Source: Eledone cirrhosa (Eukaryota). From it: a DNA stretch of 64,000 bases. The notes under the pieces were generated by a model that made no database searches, was not told the origin of the DNA, and worked only from the letters and a program-made list of their open reading frames with translations. This document shows, piece by piece, positions 11,980 to 26,490 of this stretch. Where the stretch lies: NCBI GenBank assembly GCA_964016885.1, contig OZ024741.1, positions 347,572,001-347,636,000 on the forward strand, read 5' to 3'. Numbering within the stretch: the first letter of the stretch is position 1; each line of letters opens with the position of its first letter. The position numbers and the translations under genes were made by a program.

Positions 11980-14002
11980 GTAGGAGGTGAGTTTTATTGT
12001 AGTACAATAAAGCAATGCAGATATCGGATAAGAAGCACTCTACAGTTTGTGGGACTGGAGTATGCATAATATAAGATCAAAAGATGGTTAAAGGAGTTCC
12101 ATATATTTTATTATGTGCATTTCAAAAACAAACATCATCAAGCAATAATATTTGTGTTTTCATCAGATAAAACAGGAGAACATGATATGAAGTCTAAAAA
12201 ACACTTGTGGATAGTGCAGTTTTAAATCAACATATGAAAAGTGGTTTTAGATTGATGTGTGATATTGGGAAAAATATTTTATTTAGAGAGGGGGGGGAAG
12301 GATGAAAAGGGAAGGAGATGAGAGGGAGAGATGGGTGATAGAGAGAAAGAGATAGTTTTTATAACTGAGAGGAGATATATTTTTTACATAGAGGGGTTGA
12401 AAACCGTTGGAAGATACTGTATAAATTAAAAATTTTGAAAATTAACGAAGGGAGGATATATGCGAGGAAAAAATATTTTATTTAGGGAGGGGGGGTGGAA
12501 AGGATGAAAAAAAGGGGGAGGAGATGAGAGTGAAGGTGGAGAGGGAGAGATGGGTGATAGAGAGAAAGAGATAGTTTTTATAACTGAGAAAAAGATATAT
12601 TGTTTTAATATAGAGAGGTTGGGAACCGTTGGAAGATAATGTATAAATTAAAGGAATTTGAAAATTAACGAAGGGAAATTATGTATGAAGATAGAGAGAA
12701 AAAAATAATAATTGTGGATGAATATTCTAACGTCAAAAGAAGAAATGTATGTATTTTGGCAATTTCAAAATTAGCGAAGAGAAAAATTGTTAAGGATTTG
12801 AGAAAAATAATGTGAAGTTAAAGTTTGTATATTGAATTGATAATATGTGCGAATAATAAGTTCGTTGATGGGGAGAAAAAAATAATAATAAATTAAGGAT
12901 GAAATTGAGATTAAAAAGATTTATGATAGAGAGAAAAAATAATAATGATTTCGGATGAATATTCAAAAAGTCAAAAACAAATGTTATTATTTTACGAGAA
13001 GATAGAATGAGGGTAATGAGTAAACGAGTATTATAGAGTGTATAATGCCCTTTAAAGTAAGGTAGATGGGTATATTTTAAAGAGGTGTATGTATATGTGC
13101 CTTTGAGAAAAGATTCTAAATTGATAAAGAATTGAATATTAACTGTATACTTTGTGAAAAGTTCTATGGAATTTATGCAGGCAGATAGAAAACAAATCTG
13201 AGCGTCTATTTATTATAGAATCTAGGTTAGAGATAATGGTAAATTTTTCATTTAGGCAGAGATTACAGATTTTAGATAGAGAGCTGTTCAAGTATGAGGA
13301 TGCAGAAGAAATCTTCTTCCAAAAGATGGTATATTTAATGTTTTTGTCTTTTAAGGACCATATGAGTTCTGAGAGAGCAGTGTTAGTTCTTTTAAGTTTG
13401 TATTTGAAAGATGAATGATTATTATAGAGACGAGCTTTAAAAGAGGTGGAAGTGGAGCCAAAATAGGTGAAGGAATTGGTGCTAGTTATAATTTTACATT
13501 CATAAATTAAGTTTTTATCGAGGCAATGGTTGTTGAGAGGACATTAATTTTTAATGCGGCAGTTGCAATTAGAGAGATTATTAATGAGTGATCTAGTGTT
13601 ATCTATAGAAGGAATTGGATTGGAGAAGTTGTTTGCGATAGGAATAATAGGAATAATAGTTTCTTGATTTAGAGTTGGATTATGAACATTTAGCGAAGTT
13701 GTGTTTGACGTTGTATTTGGGTTTACAGAAGTTAGCCTAGGGTTTACAATGACGTCGGGAGTACTATTACTGTTATTATGAAATTCGATATTGGAAGGAA
13801 GAGATTTAGTATTTAATATTTTGTTGTTGTGTTTAGAGATGATGTTGGAAATATTGGAGGATGTAGAATACGAAAATTTGATGGTGTGTTTGTTAAATAT
13901 TTTACTATAGATATGTGAGGGAGGGAAGCATTTATTTAAGGCACTAAAAAATAATTTAGGAATATTGTTATTAATAGAGATGGAGAAAGGAGCATTATAC
14001 AT
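11979..14002 (-). mobile_element. Inverted 5'-truncated copy of the Penelope-like element
   Basis: Reverse complement of about 8897-10910 plus about 90 bp matching 7190-7277; includes the linker, GIY-YIG remnant and pLTR. Confidence 0.9.
12103..12175 (-). ncRNA. Hammerhead ribozyme (family B, third copy)
   Basis: Minus strand: ttttat-CTGATGA...GAAA-tgcaca-TA-ataaaa. The stem III palindrome carries one substitution. Confidence 0.75.
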
Positions 14003-14039
14003 ATTACCTTCGACTGTTCTACCACTATATATATATATA

Positions 14040-14628
14040 TAAAAATAACAGATTAAAATAACAGATTAAAGTTTAAGCAAAAAATCGCTGCTTTCACCCT
14101 TAACGGGATCTTCTGAAACTACCGAAGTCAATCTGTGAACGCAGAAGTGAATATTTAAAAAGAAAGTTGCAACCGAAGGAAGACAGGAAGACGATACTTT
14201 GGTTCGTGGTAACGTTCACTGGCAAAGAACGGCAAAAAAACGAATATAATACGTCATTATTTGGAGCGGTGAAAAACAATTACACGCAAAGATAAAACCA
14301 TGTTTATGGTATAAAAGAAGTCGTAGACTAATATTCTATTAGGTGGTTCATAGAGACGTTCTCAGGCAATGAACGGAAAAAACGAAGATAATACGTCATA
14401 TGTGGACCGTGCATCTAATGCACGCAAAGACAAAACCACGTAAATGGTATAACAGAAGTCGTAGACTAAAATTCTAACTAGGAAACCGAATGATTCTCCG
14501 CTTCAGAGTTAAGAATAAGGTAAATAAAATACAGAGATAATTGAAATTAAATAAATACATACACGCATCCATATACGTACATACACAATCATACGCGAAA
14601 ACACTCGCCATAGGTATACAAATACATG

Positions 14629-14699
<71 letters not shown>

Positions 14700-14970
14700 G
14701 TGTATGTGTGTACAAATAATTAAATAAACGTATATAAATAAATAAATACGTATATAACGCATGTTTTTTAATATTCACTTCTGCGTTCACAGATTGACTT
14801 TGTTAGTTTCAGAAGATCCCGTTAATGGGTGAAAGCAGCGATTCTTTGCTTAAACTTTAATATGTTATTTCAATAAATATTTGCTCTACGATTCTTATAT
14901 ATTTGATATATATATTTATCCTTACCGAGCCCTCTTTTCATTTTAGTCTTCACATTTATTATTATTACTA
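14040..14970. mobile_element. Non-coding repeat (family D) with inverted arms
   Basis: 14057-14160 is inverted at 14765-14872, with an internal about 145-bp tandem (about 14220-14480). Further copies at 17003-17190, 17455-17640 and 41858-42065. Confidence 0.7.
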
Positions 14971-15054
14971 TATATATATATATATAAAGCATAAATAATA
15001 TGTAAATAAAAATACTTGAATGAGTTTTAAAGTATTACAATTCCATAGTCGCAA

Positions 15055-15055
15055 G

Positions 15056-15131
<76 letters not shown>

Positions 15132-15175
15132 TGCACACACATACACACACACACACACACTATATATATATATAG
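15055..15175. repeat. (CA)n microsatellite
   Basis: Direct reading. Confidence 0.95.
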
Positions 15176-15859
15176 TGTAAATATCCCATTCGGGTAAATG
15201 TATTTTGTAGAAGACCAGCAGACGTCCTTACATACGTTTTTCTTCTCACGCCGCCTGTGATTTTGTTTTAGGGATTGTGAAGGTTGATACAGTTAGGCAT
15301 TAGTGGTATCGGATATCAGCCGCGTTAAATGAGGTGTCCTACTCAAGTACAACGCGCGAAAGAGTCCCGAATGTAGACCTAACCCTATATTTTCTAAACA
15401 ACGCAATTTTACTACATATATATACATACATGCATCAGTGATATACGTTTAGGGCGATGGTAGAGCTGAGAGAATAAGCGTATGCAAACATATAGGATAT
15501 ATTCTGTTTTACTCTCTATTTGTATATCTGTGTGAAATAAAAATATAAAATTGCTACTCACACATTCACACACACGTCCATGCATACATACATACAAAAC
15601 ATTCCAAAAATGTTGCATCTAATAACTGCATATACACATGTACAGATGCAAAGCATATGCACATGCAGACATACAACTCAAAACATCCACATCCACACAT
15701 GCAATAACATCCATATATACACATGCATACATACATATCTACCTAGCTGATGTGTAAATTCCAATGAGAGAGTCTTGTGTCTATATTAGAAACCGACTGT
15801 CTCTCTATTGGTAAAACTTTGTCAAATTATAAAACCAGAAGAACATACATGCATACATA

Positions 15860-16385
<526 letters not shown>

Positions 16386-16836
16386 ATATATAGGTTTACA
16401 TTATCACAGTGTAAGCGTTTATTGTCATTTGTTCAAAATATATGTTACCAAATATTCCCGCAGTATAATTGTTTGCATTTCAAAACTGGTTAATTGCTTC
16501 TTCAGATTTGCGAACAAAAACAATAATTTTCTATCTCATATTCACTATTGTTTTCTTTCTTCTTCCTATATATTAGGTTAGATATGATGAATAGGACATA
16601 CAGGAAATTTCAAAACAAATATAATCGAAAATACCTGAACACTTACTTGTGAATTGTATGCAAAATCACATATAATTGAAGAAAAAAAAAAAAATTAAGA
16701 ACGAGATCTGCATCGCAATTTACTCTTCAGTATTAGAAAGAGATAAGTATTTGCAGCTAAATTTATGTATTTTGTATTTGTTTGCGTCTTATACCGAAAT
16801 ATTTTTCTTTCTATATTTATTCACGCATAGGCACAG

Positions 16837-16927
16837 ACATACGCTGAATCATACACACATGTGCGTATATAAACGTATAAAAATAATAATATATACGCAC
16901 ACATACGTATATATATTTATAATATAT

Positions 16928-16959
<32 letters not shown>

Positions 16960-17080
16960 CATACATACATATATATATACATATATATACATATATATAT
17001 TTATTGAATAACAGATTAAAGTTTAAGCAAAGAATCGCTGCTTTTACCCTTAACAGGATCTTCTGAAACTAACAAAGTCA

Positions 17081-17123
<43 letters not shown>

Positions 17124-17249
17124 GTAATAATAAGATCCCGTTAAAGGTGAAACCACCGATTGTTTGCTTAAACTTTAATCTGTTATTTTAATATATATAT
17201 AAATACATACATATATAAATACATACATATATATACATATATCCATATA

Positions 17250-17281
<32 letters not shown>

Positions 17282-17288
17282 CACACAC

Positions 17289-17334
<46 letters not shown>

Positions 17335-17363
17335 TTTTATATGTATATATATATATGTGTGTG

Positions 17364-17412
<49 letters not shown>

Positions 17413-17521
17413 ATATATGTATGTATTTATATATGTATGTATTTATATATATATTAAAATAACAGATTAAAGTTTAAGCAAACAATCGGTGGTTTCACCT
17501 TTAACGGGATCTTATTATTAC

Positions 17522-17554
<33 letters not shown>

Positions 17555-17805
17555 TTATATATTGACTTTGTTAGTTTCAGAAGATCCTGTTAAGGGTAAA
17601 AGCAGCGATTCTTTGTTTAAACTTTAATCTGTTATTCAATAAATATATATATGTATATATATGTATATATATATGTATGTATGTTTATATATATATATAT
17701 ATATATATATTGTATATATTATAATTATATATACGTATGTGTGCGTATATATTATTATTTTTATACGTTTATATACGCACATGTGTGTATGATTCAGCGT
17801 ATGTG
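16837..17805. repeat. About 970-bp near-perfect palindrome centred near 17335
   Basis: acatacgctgaatcatacacacatgtgcg... mirrors ...cgcacatgtgtgtatgattcagcgtatgt, including the family D fragments and TA runs. Confidence 0.85.
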
Positions 17806-17901
17806 TGTATATGTTTGTCTTTATTTGTTAATTTTTCATTCGCACCGTTTCCTTTCGCTATATGTCTCTCCACCACTCCCCTACACACCTTTTGAACTCT
17901 T

Positions 17902-17933
17902 ACCTGAAGAAGGGCTTATGCCCGAAACGTCGT
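17902..17933 (+). ncRNA. Minimal hammerhead motif (family E)
   Basis: ac-CTGAAGA-a-gggc ttat gccc-GAAA-cg-TC-gt. Stem III is ACGT with a GUC site; stem I is only 2 bp. Confidence 0.65.
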
Positions 17934-18286
17934 CCTCCACCTACCCCCCACTCTCCTGAGCGTGAATCTAATAAACATTTGTCGTACTGCCTCTCTGTTC
18001 TGTCCCTGTTCAATTTTTTATTATACAAAACACACGCTCACACGGCCTCCATCCTTGGAACTCACTTAACAACCGGCTCAACCCCGATCTAATCCGCCGT
18101 GACCTGTCTCCGAACTTTACACACCTTCCCACACTTTGTCTTTCCTTCTACGCATTACCTCTGTTTGATTTTGTTACCGTACCCCTTTTTATTATATTTT
18201 TGTCTTTATTTGTTAATTTTTCATTCGCACCGTTTCCTTTCGCTATATGTCTCTCCACCACTCCCCTACACACCTTTTGAACTCTT

Positions 18287-18318
18287 ACCTGAAGAAGGGC
18301 TTATGCCCGAAACGTCGT
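18287..18318 (+). ncRNA. Minimal hammerhead motif (family E, second copy)
   Basis: Identical core 385 nt downstream. Confidence 0.65.
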
Positions 18319-18406
18319 CCTCCACCTACCCCCCACTCTCCTGAGCGTGAATCTAATAAACATTTGTCGTACTGCCTCTCTGTTCTGTCCCTGTTAAATT
18401 TGTTAT

Positions 18407-18518
<112 letters not shown>

Positions 18519-19153
18519 TGTGTATCTGCAGATAACATATTCCAGGGTTAAAATTCATATTTTTTTTATCGGGAATACACGGAGCAATAATTGTGTAATT
18601 TGTAGGCAAAGAAATTTTAGTGGGGTCGCTTTGAATGACAGCTTCTAATTGATCGATAATAATGGATGTTATTTCAAACATTTGAACTGACATGTGTCCA
18701 CTTTCAGACAACGATCTCTGAATTGAAACCACAGACATACATTATAATTTAGATCATCCAGTGTTCCACTACTGATCCACACATTGTTCCACTTCTGGAT
18801 TTACATTTTTAACCTTTGAAATTTATCGTTTGATGAATCTTTTAAGGTATGAACGCCTCCAGCAAATCTCTCCATTTTGAAGAATGTTTTTGTTGATGTG
18901 ATGGTATATTTCTTTACTGAATATTAAGCTTAATGGTTTGTTAGAGTTAAAATGGCAGCATACTTTTCACCTGGACTATACACATTTTGTCTGGCAGAAA
19001 TAGCTTATGTATTGACGAGATTAGCTTAATGCACGCTTCAAACAAATAGTTTAACGTTCGTGATATTTCATGAATGTTAAAGTAACATCTAGTTGTTTTA
19101 TCCGACAAACATTGGAAATAATAATATGAGGAAAATTATTGAACTCCATTTAT

Positions 19154-19381
<228 letters not shown>

Positions 19382-19722
19382 ACCAAACTCGCATGGACTG
19401 AGTGCTCTACTACCTCGGATATAACCCTCCAGTGTTCTACTATTATATATATACCCCCCCCTACACACACACATACACACATATCTATCTATCTATCTAT
19501 ATATATATATATATATATATACGCTAAGCACTCTGAGTACAGATTTGCACAAATAATACGTTTAAATATTGTCTCATTTACTGAGTAAATATGCACAAAA
19601 TATTTTCTTCAAAATAAGAGACCAGGATGATGATTGCGTCTAAATGGTTTTTCATAATTCAATTACATCTTTATTTCTTTTTATGTATAATATATACATA
19701 CATACATATGTATGTATGTATA

Positions 19723-19794
<72 letters not shown>

Positions 19795-21232
19795 GCCGAG
19801 TAAACAAGATTAATATCCAAAACTACCTAATAAGAAGCAGCTCAGTATGGAAAGTGTATACGAAAATTAATATCTAATCAACATGAGATGAAACGGTTAA
19901 AGTCATCTTAATAAATCCAATGTTCATCAGGCAAATAAACTTTAAAAGTGCTATACACCGAATCTGAACAGTGATACAATTGTGTATGAAACTGGAATTG
20001 AAAAATTCGATATTTCACGTAATGTTATGTGAAACAGTATATCCTGTTTCCTCTTGATCAATACATTACCTAACAAATATATACTGACAATTATATATAC
20101 TGGAATAACTCCTTTAAAATCTCACAGATAAAACTTTGCTTAATCTGCTTACAGGCAGTAACCCATCAGCTATTGCGTCTTAATCAAAGAATCTGACAAT
20201 TGAAAACATTTCCTCCTGAAATAGCCTTTGAGCATTTCAATTGGTTATGTATTTACAAAGGTTATCATGCTCCACTGAAGTTTAAGCACAGCCACCAATA
20301 TTTCCGTTGTGACATCTAGGATATTTTCTCTGCAACTTGCTAAATTTGACCACAAACTATCACATCGTTTCCGTCTTTCTACCACTGTTAAATAAGGTAA
20401 TACAAATCTGCAATTGATTTTCTCTGTGCTCTGAACTCACCGACCTCTGAGGGTGAGGTGAGAGAGTTTGTAGACATCTTTATCTGCCTCCAGGAGATCA
20501 TTGTTATTCTACTCTTTACACTGTCTAAATTTATTAGCCAGTACGCTTTAATTTCCATTTGCTGCTAATGTCACAGGATGATGGGGAATGACTAGTAAGT
20601 GTGACCCTTACATTGGATAACTACGTGTCGAATTCTGATTTTTAGGATGCGAATATACTTCAGATACCCACGTTTCTTTTTCGGTTTCTCAGACTGATAT
20701 TCTGCAGCAAGAGAATTTGCTATATAGTTTCAGTGCTGATTTCCCTGTAGCTCATTTGTTGTCATCTACCTGCATTCTCTTACGTATAAGCAACCACCAA
20801 AGGACTCTTGCTGACTCATGTCTAACAGTTAAGCATTCTACGTTGCTTCAGTAGTCCCATTTCCCTCTCAACTGCAGCCTCGAGAGGATAGTTTTCTGGT
20901 GTATCATCTTTTTTTATCGCTGGAAAAGAATGTGTCATGAGACCATGCTACTTCATTGAAATTGTAATGGTCAAAAAAGATTCCAATATTTTCAATTGAG
21001 ACCCTTGAATTTTGCCAAAAAAAAAATGACTGGTGCAAACGTGCATGGCTCCACGTGGGAAGCATCATTTTTTTCTTAGATATTTACATTTTCTTCCTCA
21101 ACATTCGAAATCAGAAACACTTGCTCAATTGTGTGGACATTTAAAACTATTAGAGCTGTATACGTTTGCTAAATCTAAGTGAAAGTGTACCTTTCAAAGC
21201 AATAACGAAGGTGATGAATATGCATTTCTACC

Positions 21233-21235
<3 letters not shown>

Positions 21236-21316
<81 letters not shown>
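21236..21316. repeat. (CT)n microsatellite
   Basis: Direct reading. Confidence 0.95.
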
Positions 21317-21318
<2 letters not shown>

Positions 21319-22319
21319 CTTAATATAGCTCACATTTTAAGGCTTATATAATAATTGTCTGAAGTGTAACGGAAGCTTTTTAGCAATTTTTGTAAAAATA
21401 GTCATCTTTTTAACTTACGTATGCAAGCATATGTTTGTTATTAAGGTGTTCGCTACACAACTACGTTGTTTCCGATACCTTCTAATTACGTAGCAAATTG
21501 GAAAAGTTTCTTTTAGCATAACCTTTGATTGAAGAAATTAACGTAAGACGAATATGATATATAAAACCTGTACACACCCGGATACACACACACACATACA
21601 CACACACACACACACACACATGTATATATATATTGTTTCCTGTATACTATTTTATGGATAGATTTATGTAGATTACAGGGTGTTTACGTTTTACTATTGA
21701 ACTATTTGCAAAGGATGATTGATGTCCTTAGCAAATCTATCTTAGGACATGAGTAGAGATATGAACTCTGGTGTGATATTTGACCAGTGAAGTTGTTCAT
21801 GATAATTTACCCCATAACACTAAGGGCATCGATATAGTTGTGCGCATGCGTGTGTTCATGTGCATGTGTGTGCTTGCTCTCGTGTAGAATATTTTTTTTA
21901 TTCCAATATATTTATTCTATTAACGATTTTCGAATTCCTCCCGGGCAATGTTAGAGTTGGAAAAGATCAATGATTCTTTCATAGTACATACGCTTTGCTG
22001 TTTGTCTTTGATTATAATATTTGGGAATTTTCTTTCATCTCCTTCAAAACACAGACAGATTTCCCAGAGCGTCGTCTTTGCACTGCATTTGTCGTACAAT
22101 ATATATTTTCCTCTCTGTCTACATTTTCACATATTCATAGTTGTCACGTAAACGTGTCTGCATGAAGCCCGGTAGACATAAGTACCTCGTCAGCCATATA
22201 AATTACATGTTTTATGTGTATGAATTTTATTACGAAAAACATTCTATTGATGAAAATAACAGTTTCTTTATCGCGTTAAACGCTTTATTATAGGTCTTAT
22301 TCGTCACATTTGTTCAAGC

Positions 22320-22530
22320 GGTGCATCGGCACGATCGTTAGCGCATCGGATGATATTTCTCGTGTCATTTTTTCCGTCATGTTTGACTTCATTTCCCACC
22401 GATGGCAAATATGACTTTCATTCTTCTGCTTCAATAAAATAAAACACAATCCACATAGTGAGGCCGGTATGATCAACGTTTACTTCTCTTTAAAATGTGC
22501 AGGCCTTGAATCTACACTGGAAACCGTTAT
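22320..22530 (+). mobile_element. Highly diverged SINE copy
   Basis: Weak similarity to the SINE at 46680-46862, with a gaaaccgttataataat tail. Confidence 0.4.
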
Positions 22531-22559
22531 AATAATAATTATTATTATTTTTATTTTCA

Positions 22560-25500
22560 TTATTGTTTCTGAGATATATGCCGAGTGTCTTCCTGACACC
22601 TAGGGCAAATAAATTCACAGTGTGCATTGGTAAGCAAGTTAATACAGCACATTGATTATAATTAAAAAAAACAGTCTACATATATACACATGTGCATATG
22701 CATATGAAAATACAAGGAGGGATATCAATCTTACAGAGATGGTGCTCTTCTAAATACGTGTGCAGTACCAGTCAAAACAATTTTTTGCACCTCGTGCAGG
22801 GAGTGTAAACCAGGAATCATTCGCAAATATTGTTATGATCATTTATTGATCATTCCCAGTCCTCCCACAATCACTGGTATTGTGACGGCCTTGAGGTGCC
22901 ACATTTTCTCAATTTCAATAAGCAGATCTTTATATTTTCGTAGCTTGTTAAATTATTTTGTCGCGATATTGTGATCACATGGGATGCTCATATCTATGAG
23001 TAAACAGATCTTGTTATGTTGATCTTTTACAATGATGTCAGGTCTATTAGCTATTATGGTCCTGTCAGTATGTACAGGAAAGTCCTAGAGAAATGTTACT
23101 TTTTCTCCTTCAGTTACAGCCCCAGGCTGCTGATTGTACCACTTGTCTTCAGCTTTTATTTTGTAATGCCGACATATTACCCAGTGTAGATATTGGCCAC
23201 TCTGTCATGTATATATTTGTATTCTAGTGGTGCTAAAACTTTACATCCAGAGACTAAGTGATCCATTGTTTCAACCTCAGCATTGCAGAATCGGCACTTT
23301 AGGTTTATTCTGTTTCTCATCACATTGGCCTGGTAATTACGAGTCAATAAGCTTTGACCTTGGGCAGCTAAGATGAAGCCTTCATTCTCCGCCTTCAGCC
23401 CTCAACTAGGTAGCCACTGATGGGTGTGCTTTTGGTCAACATCAGCTTGTTTGCTACGGACCACATATTTGCCATGCAGAGGTTTCTGCTCCCACTTTGA
23501 TGCTAATTGTCCTTGCCGTTTTGCTTTTTCCAGTGATTGTATGTGCTTAGCAGCATCAGTTGCAACAGTTCCTTTAGTCTGTCCAGTCTGGGTATCAAGC
23601 ATGAGATCAGTAGCATATTTTTTGCTCTCCTTCAAGATAGAATGAAGCTTCTTACTTCTCTCATACTTTTCAACAAGTTTCAGCATACAGTTGTTAGTTG
23701 TTTCAAGGTATTTGGCCCGTCCAATGATGGTGTAAGCAAGTTCAACTTGGATCAGGCCACGGCCTCTTTGATTCCTAGGAAGATAAAGACGATCCATATC
23801 TGCTTTTGGGTGGTGCATCCTATTACAGGTCACTAGGTTACGGACTTTGATGTCGATTTTTTTGATTTCACTCATATTCCAGTTCAACACACCGAAGCTA
23901 TAAGTGACAACTGGGACTGCCAAGGAATTTATGGCTAGCACCTTGTTACGATCGGGTAGTTCTGATCTCAGAGCTGCACGTACTCTTCTGTAACGTTCTT
24001 TCCTTATTCTATCTTTCATACTTGCATGCTGTATGCCAGAGCCCTCATTAATCCCTAAGTATTTATAGGTTTGCTCCTGTGCAAGTTCCTTTATGATTGT
24101 TTCAGCATCCAATTCAACTGAGTCTGAGTTGACAAGCTTCCCCTTCTTGAAAGTGGCTTTTGCACACTTGTCAAGCCCAAACTCCATCCTGATGTCATCC
24201 CTAAACGTTTTTACTCTCCGCAAAACATCTTCCTGTTCGCCATTATCTTTGCTATATAGCTCGAAATAATCCATATAAATTTTGTTGCTGTCAATTCTAT
24301 AGCCGTACCCTGTTCTATCAAGTTCAGATGTAAGGGGTATTAAAGCTATGCAGAAAAGCAAGGGTGAAAGTGAGTCACCCTTGAATATACCACAGTTCAT
24401 GTTTATATTCCTAGAGCACAGTACCCAGTGGAATTAGACAATTGGAAATGTGTGTTCCACAATGACATGTGTTTCAGGAAGTTTGAGATCACAAGTGAGA
24501 TTTTGAAGATGTCCAGTGATTTCAGAATCCATGAGTGTGGTATGCTGTCAAAGGCTTTGTTATAATCGATCCATGTAGAACTGAGATGTCTGTGTTTATT
24601 ATGACAGTTTTCAAGGATCATACGATTAATCAAAAGTTGATCTTTGCAATCAGATGAACATCGTCGGCACCCTTTTTGTTCAATGGGGAAAAGATTGTTC
24701 TCCTCTCAAAACACGTATGCTTTTTCCATGAGAATAGAGGTTAATAGTTTATAAGTGGTGGACAAGCAGGTTATGGGCCAATAGTTTTTTTTTTATCTTT
24801 GGTTTCGTTGCTCTTTGGTAGAAGGTAGGTAATGACACTTGCTAGCCAATCAGGTGTATTTTTGGATCATTCATAATTCCATTAAACAGCTTGACCAATA
24901 TGTTGTTAGTGCACGGGAGTGAGGAAAGACAGAAATGTGGCACCCTGTCTCTACCAGGAGATTTCCATTTATGAGATTTATTGAGTGCTCTCCTTAAGTC
25001 CGCTATAGAGATGTCTTCCCACGCATGTTCTTTTAAATTTGTGTAGGATTTTTCCAGGCTACTAATCCAATCTAGATTAGCATTATATGTCTTCTCATCA
25101 TTCCAAATCTTACTCCAGAAGTTTTCAACTTCTTCTATGGAGAGGGGCTCTTCAATAATTGTTTTTTTCTTCCCTACTTCTCTATAAAATGACTTCGCAT
25201 TGGGTGAGAACAACTTATTTTGCTTGTAGAGGTTGTTTCGGTTCTCGAAACTACGAATTCGATGGGCTTTTACTTGGACTTTTTGTTTCACAGATTCTTT
25301 TGTTGAAACTATTTCTTCTCTAGAAGACAGTCCATATTTTCTCTTTAGTTTTCTTACCTTCTTGGATCTTATATCATTTCTAGCGGTTAACTCACTCAAT
25401 AAAGATATTTCTCCTCTCTTTACGCCAATCTCCTTTTCGATTCTACTCCTCCAAATTGGTTTACCTCAAAGGTTTGATTTTTTTTTTTTTTTTGTGGTAA

Positions 25501-26490
25501 ACAACTTGTTTCAATTACTCTAGCAGATGCATAAATGATTTCATTTAACTCACTAAGATCAGGTTCTAGCTCTTCTAGGATTTCTTTTGTCACAGAATTA
25601 CCAATCATTATTTGTTTTCTATTTTGGATTGTATTCGGGAGTTTTTGAAGTGGTTCTCTATCCTTTATACTAACATGTCTTACTACGGCAAGCTCATTCA
25701 GAATGTTTTGCTTTAATTCCTTCATAGTCTCCCTGTGCTCTTCAGCAGATGTTTGGTTTTCAATTACTTTTTCTAAGTCCCTCTCCTGGCTATTTTCAGC
25801 GGGTTCAATAGGGCTTCTCATTTCTACAAACCTATTTGTGATTTAGTCAGATGGATGTCTTTCAGTAAAGACTTGTGATTGGTTACTATCTCCAGGAGAT
25901 TCTTCAGTTCTTTCATCATTTATATTTATGTCATTCTTCACAGCCTGCTTCATCGCAGTTAGTTCAGTGTCTGTGAGTATATTATTTCTGAAGATATACC
26001 TCCTTACATTTGCCAACTTATTTCCATCCATATCACGTCGGCTAGCTTGATTCCGAGTTTTCCAGATTTTGTAGGAGTTTAAAGTGTATCTGTCTTGTGA
26101 TGGCTTACCTAATGCATAGTAATATGCATATATTACTTCTTTATACTCTTCTCGGGTCCATTTCATTCTTTTAGGTTTTTCTTTTTGAGGTGGTTTGGGT
26201 GGTGGAGCTGGAGGGCTCGAGTTGGGGCAATCCCCGATCATGTGACCATGCAGGTCTATAATTGGAGAAGAGTTTGGGCCAGAGGAGGACTTTTCGATCT
26301 CAGGTTGGCAGCTTTCTGAGGGACGCGCTTCCTGATTAACCATAGGAAAAGCGATTTGGTATTGTGTATTAATTTTTATTTGTTCATCTCGCAGTACATG
26401 CTTGCGTTACGCATGGTATTGGACGTACAAGGAAAGTTGCCCGACTATTTGGGTAATGCATTTGCTGGCTGGCACTGAGATCATTATTAC
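22560..26490 (-). mobile_element. R4/Dong-like non-LTR retrotransposon (RT plus REL endonuclease), degenerate
   Basis: N-terminal RMKWTREEYKEVIYAYY; WIDYNKAFDSIPHSW; [13 protein letters not shown]; CRFC...HLVSGC; ANRPDIIVKD...LIDMSIPCD...KYKDL. ORF about 22731-26343 with stops and frameshifts; 3' end runs into (AAT)n. Confidence 0.9.

Noticed and set aside
14220-14480. Repeated units as a CRISPR-like array
   Set aside because: Only two diverged about 145-bp tandem units with no unique spacers, in a eukaryotic context.
26380-26490. Possible HDV-like or twister ribozyme at the 5' end of the R4/Dong element (contains gggcaac)
   Set aside because: I could not build the P1/P2/P3 pseudoknot by eye; a descriptor search would be needed.
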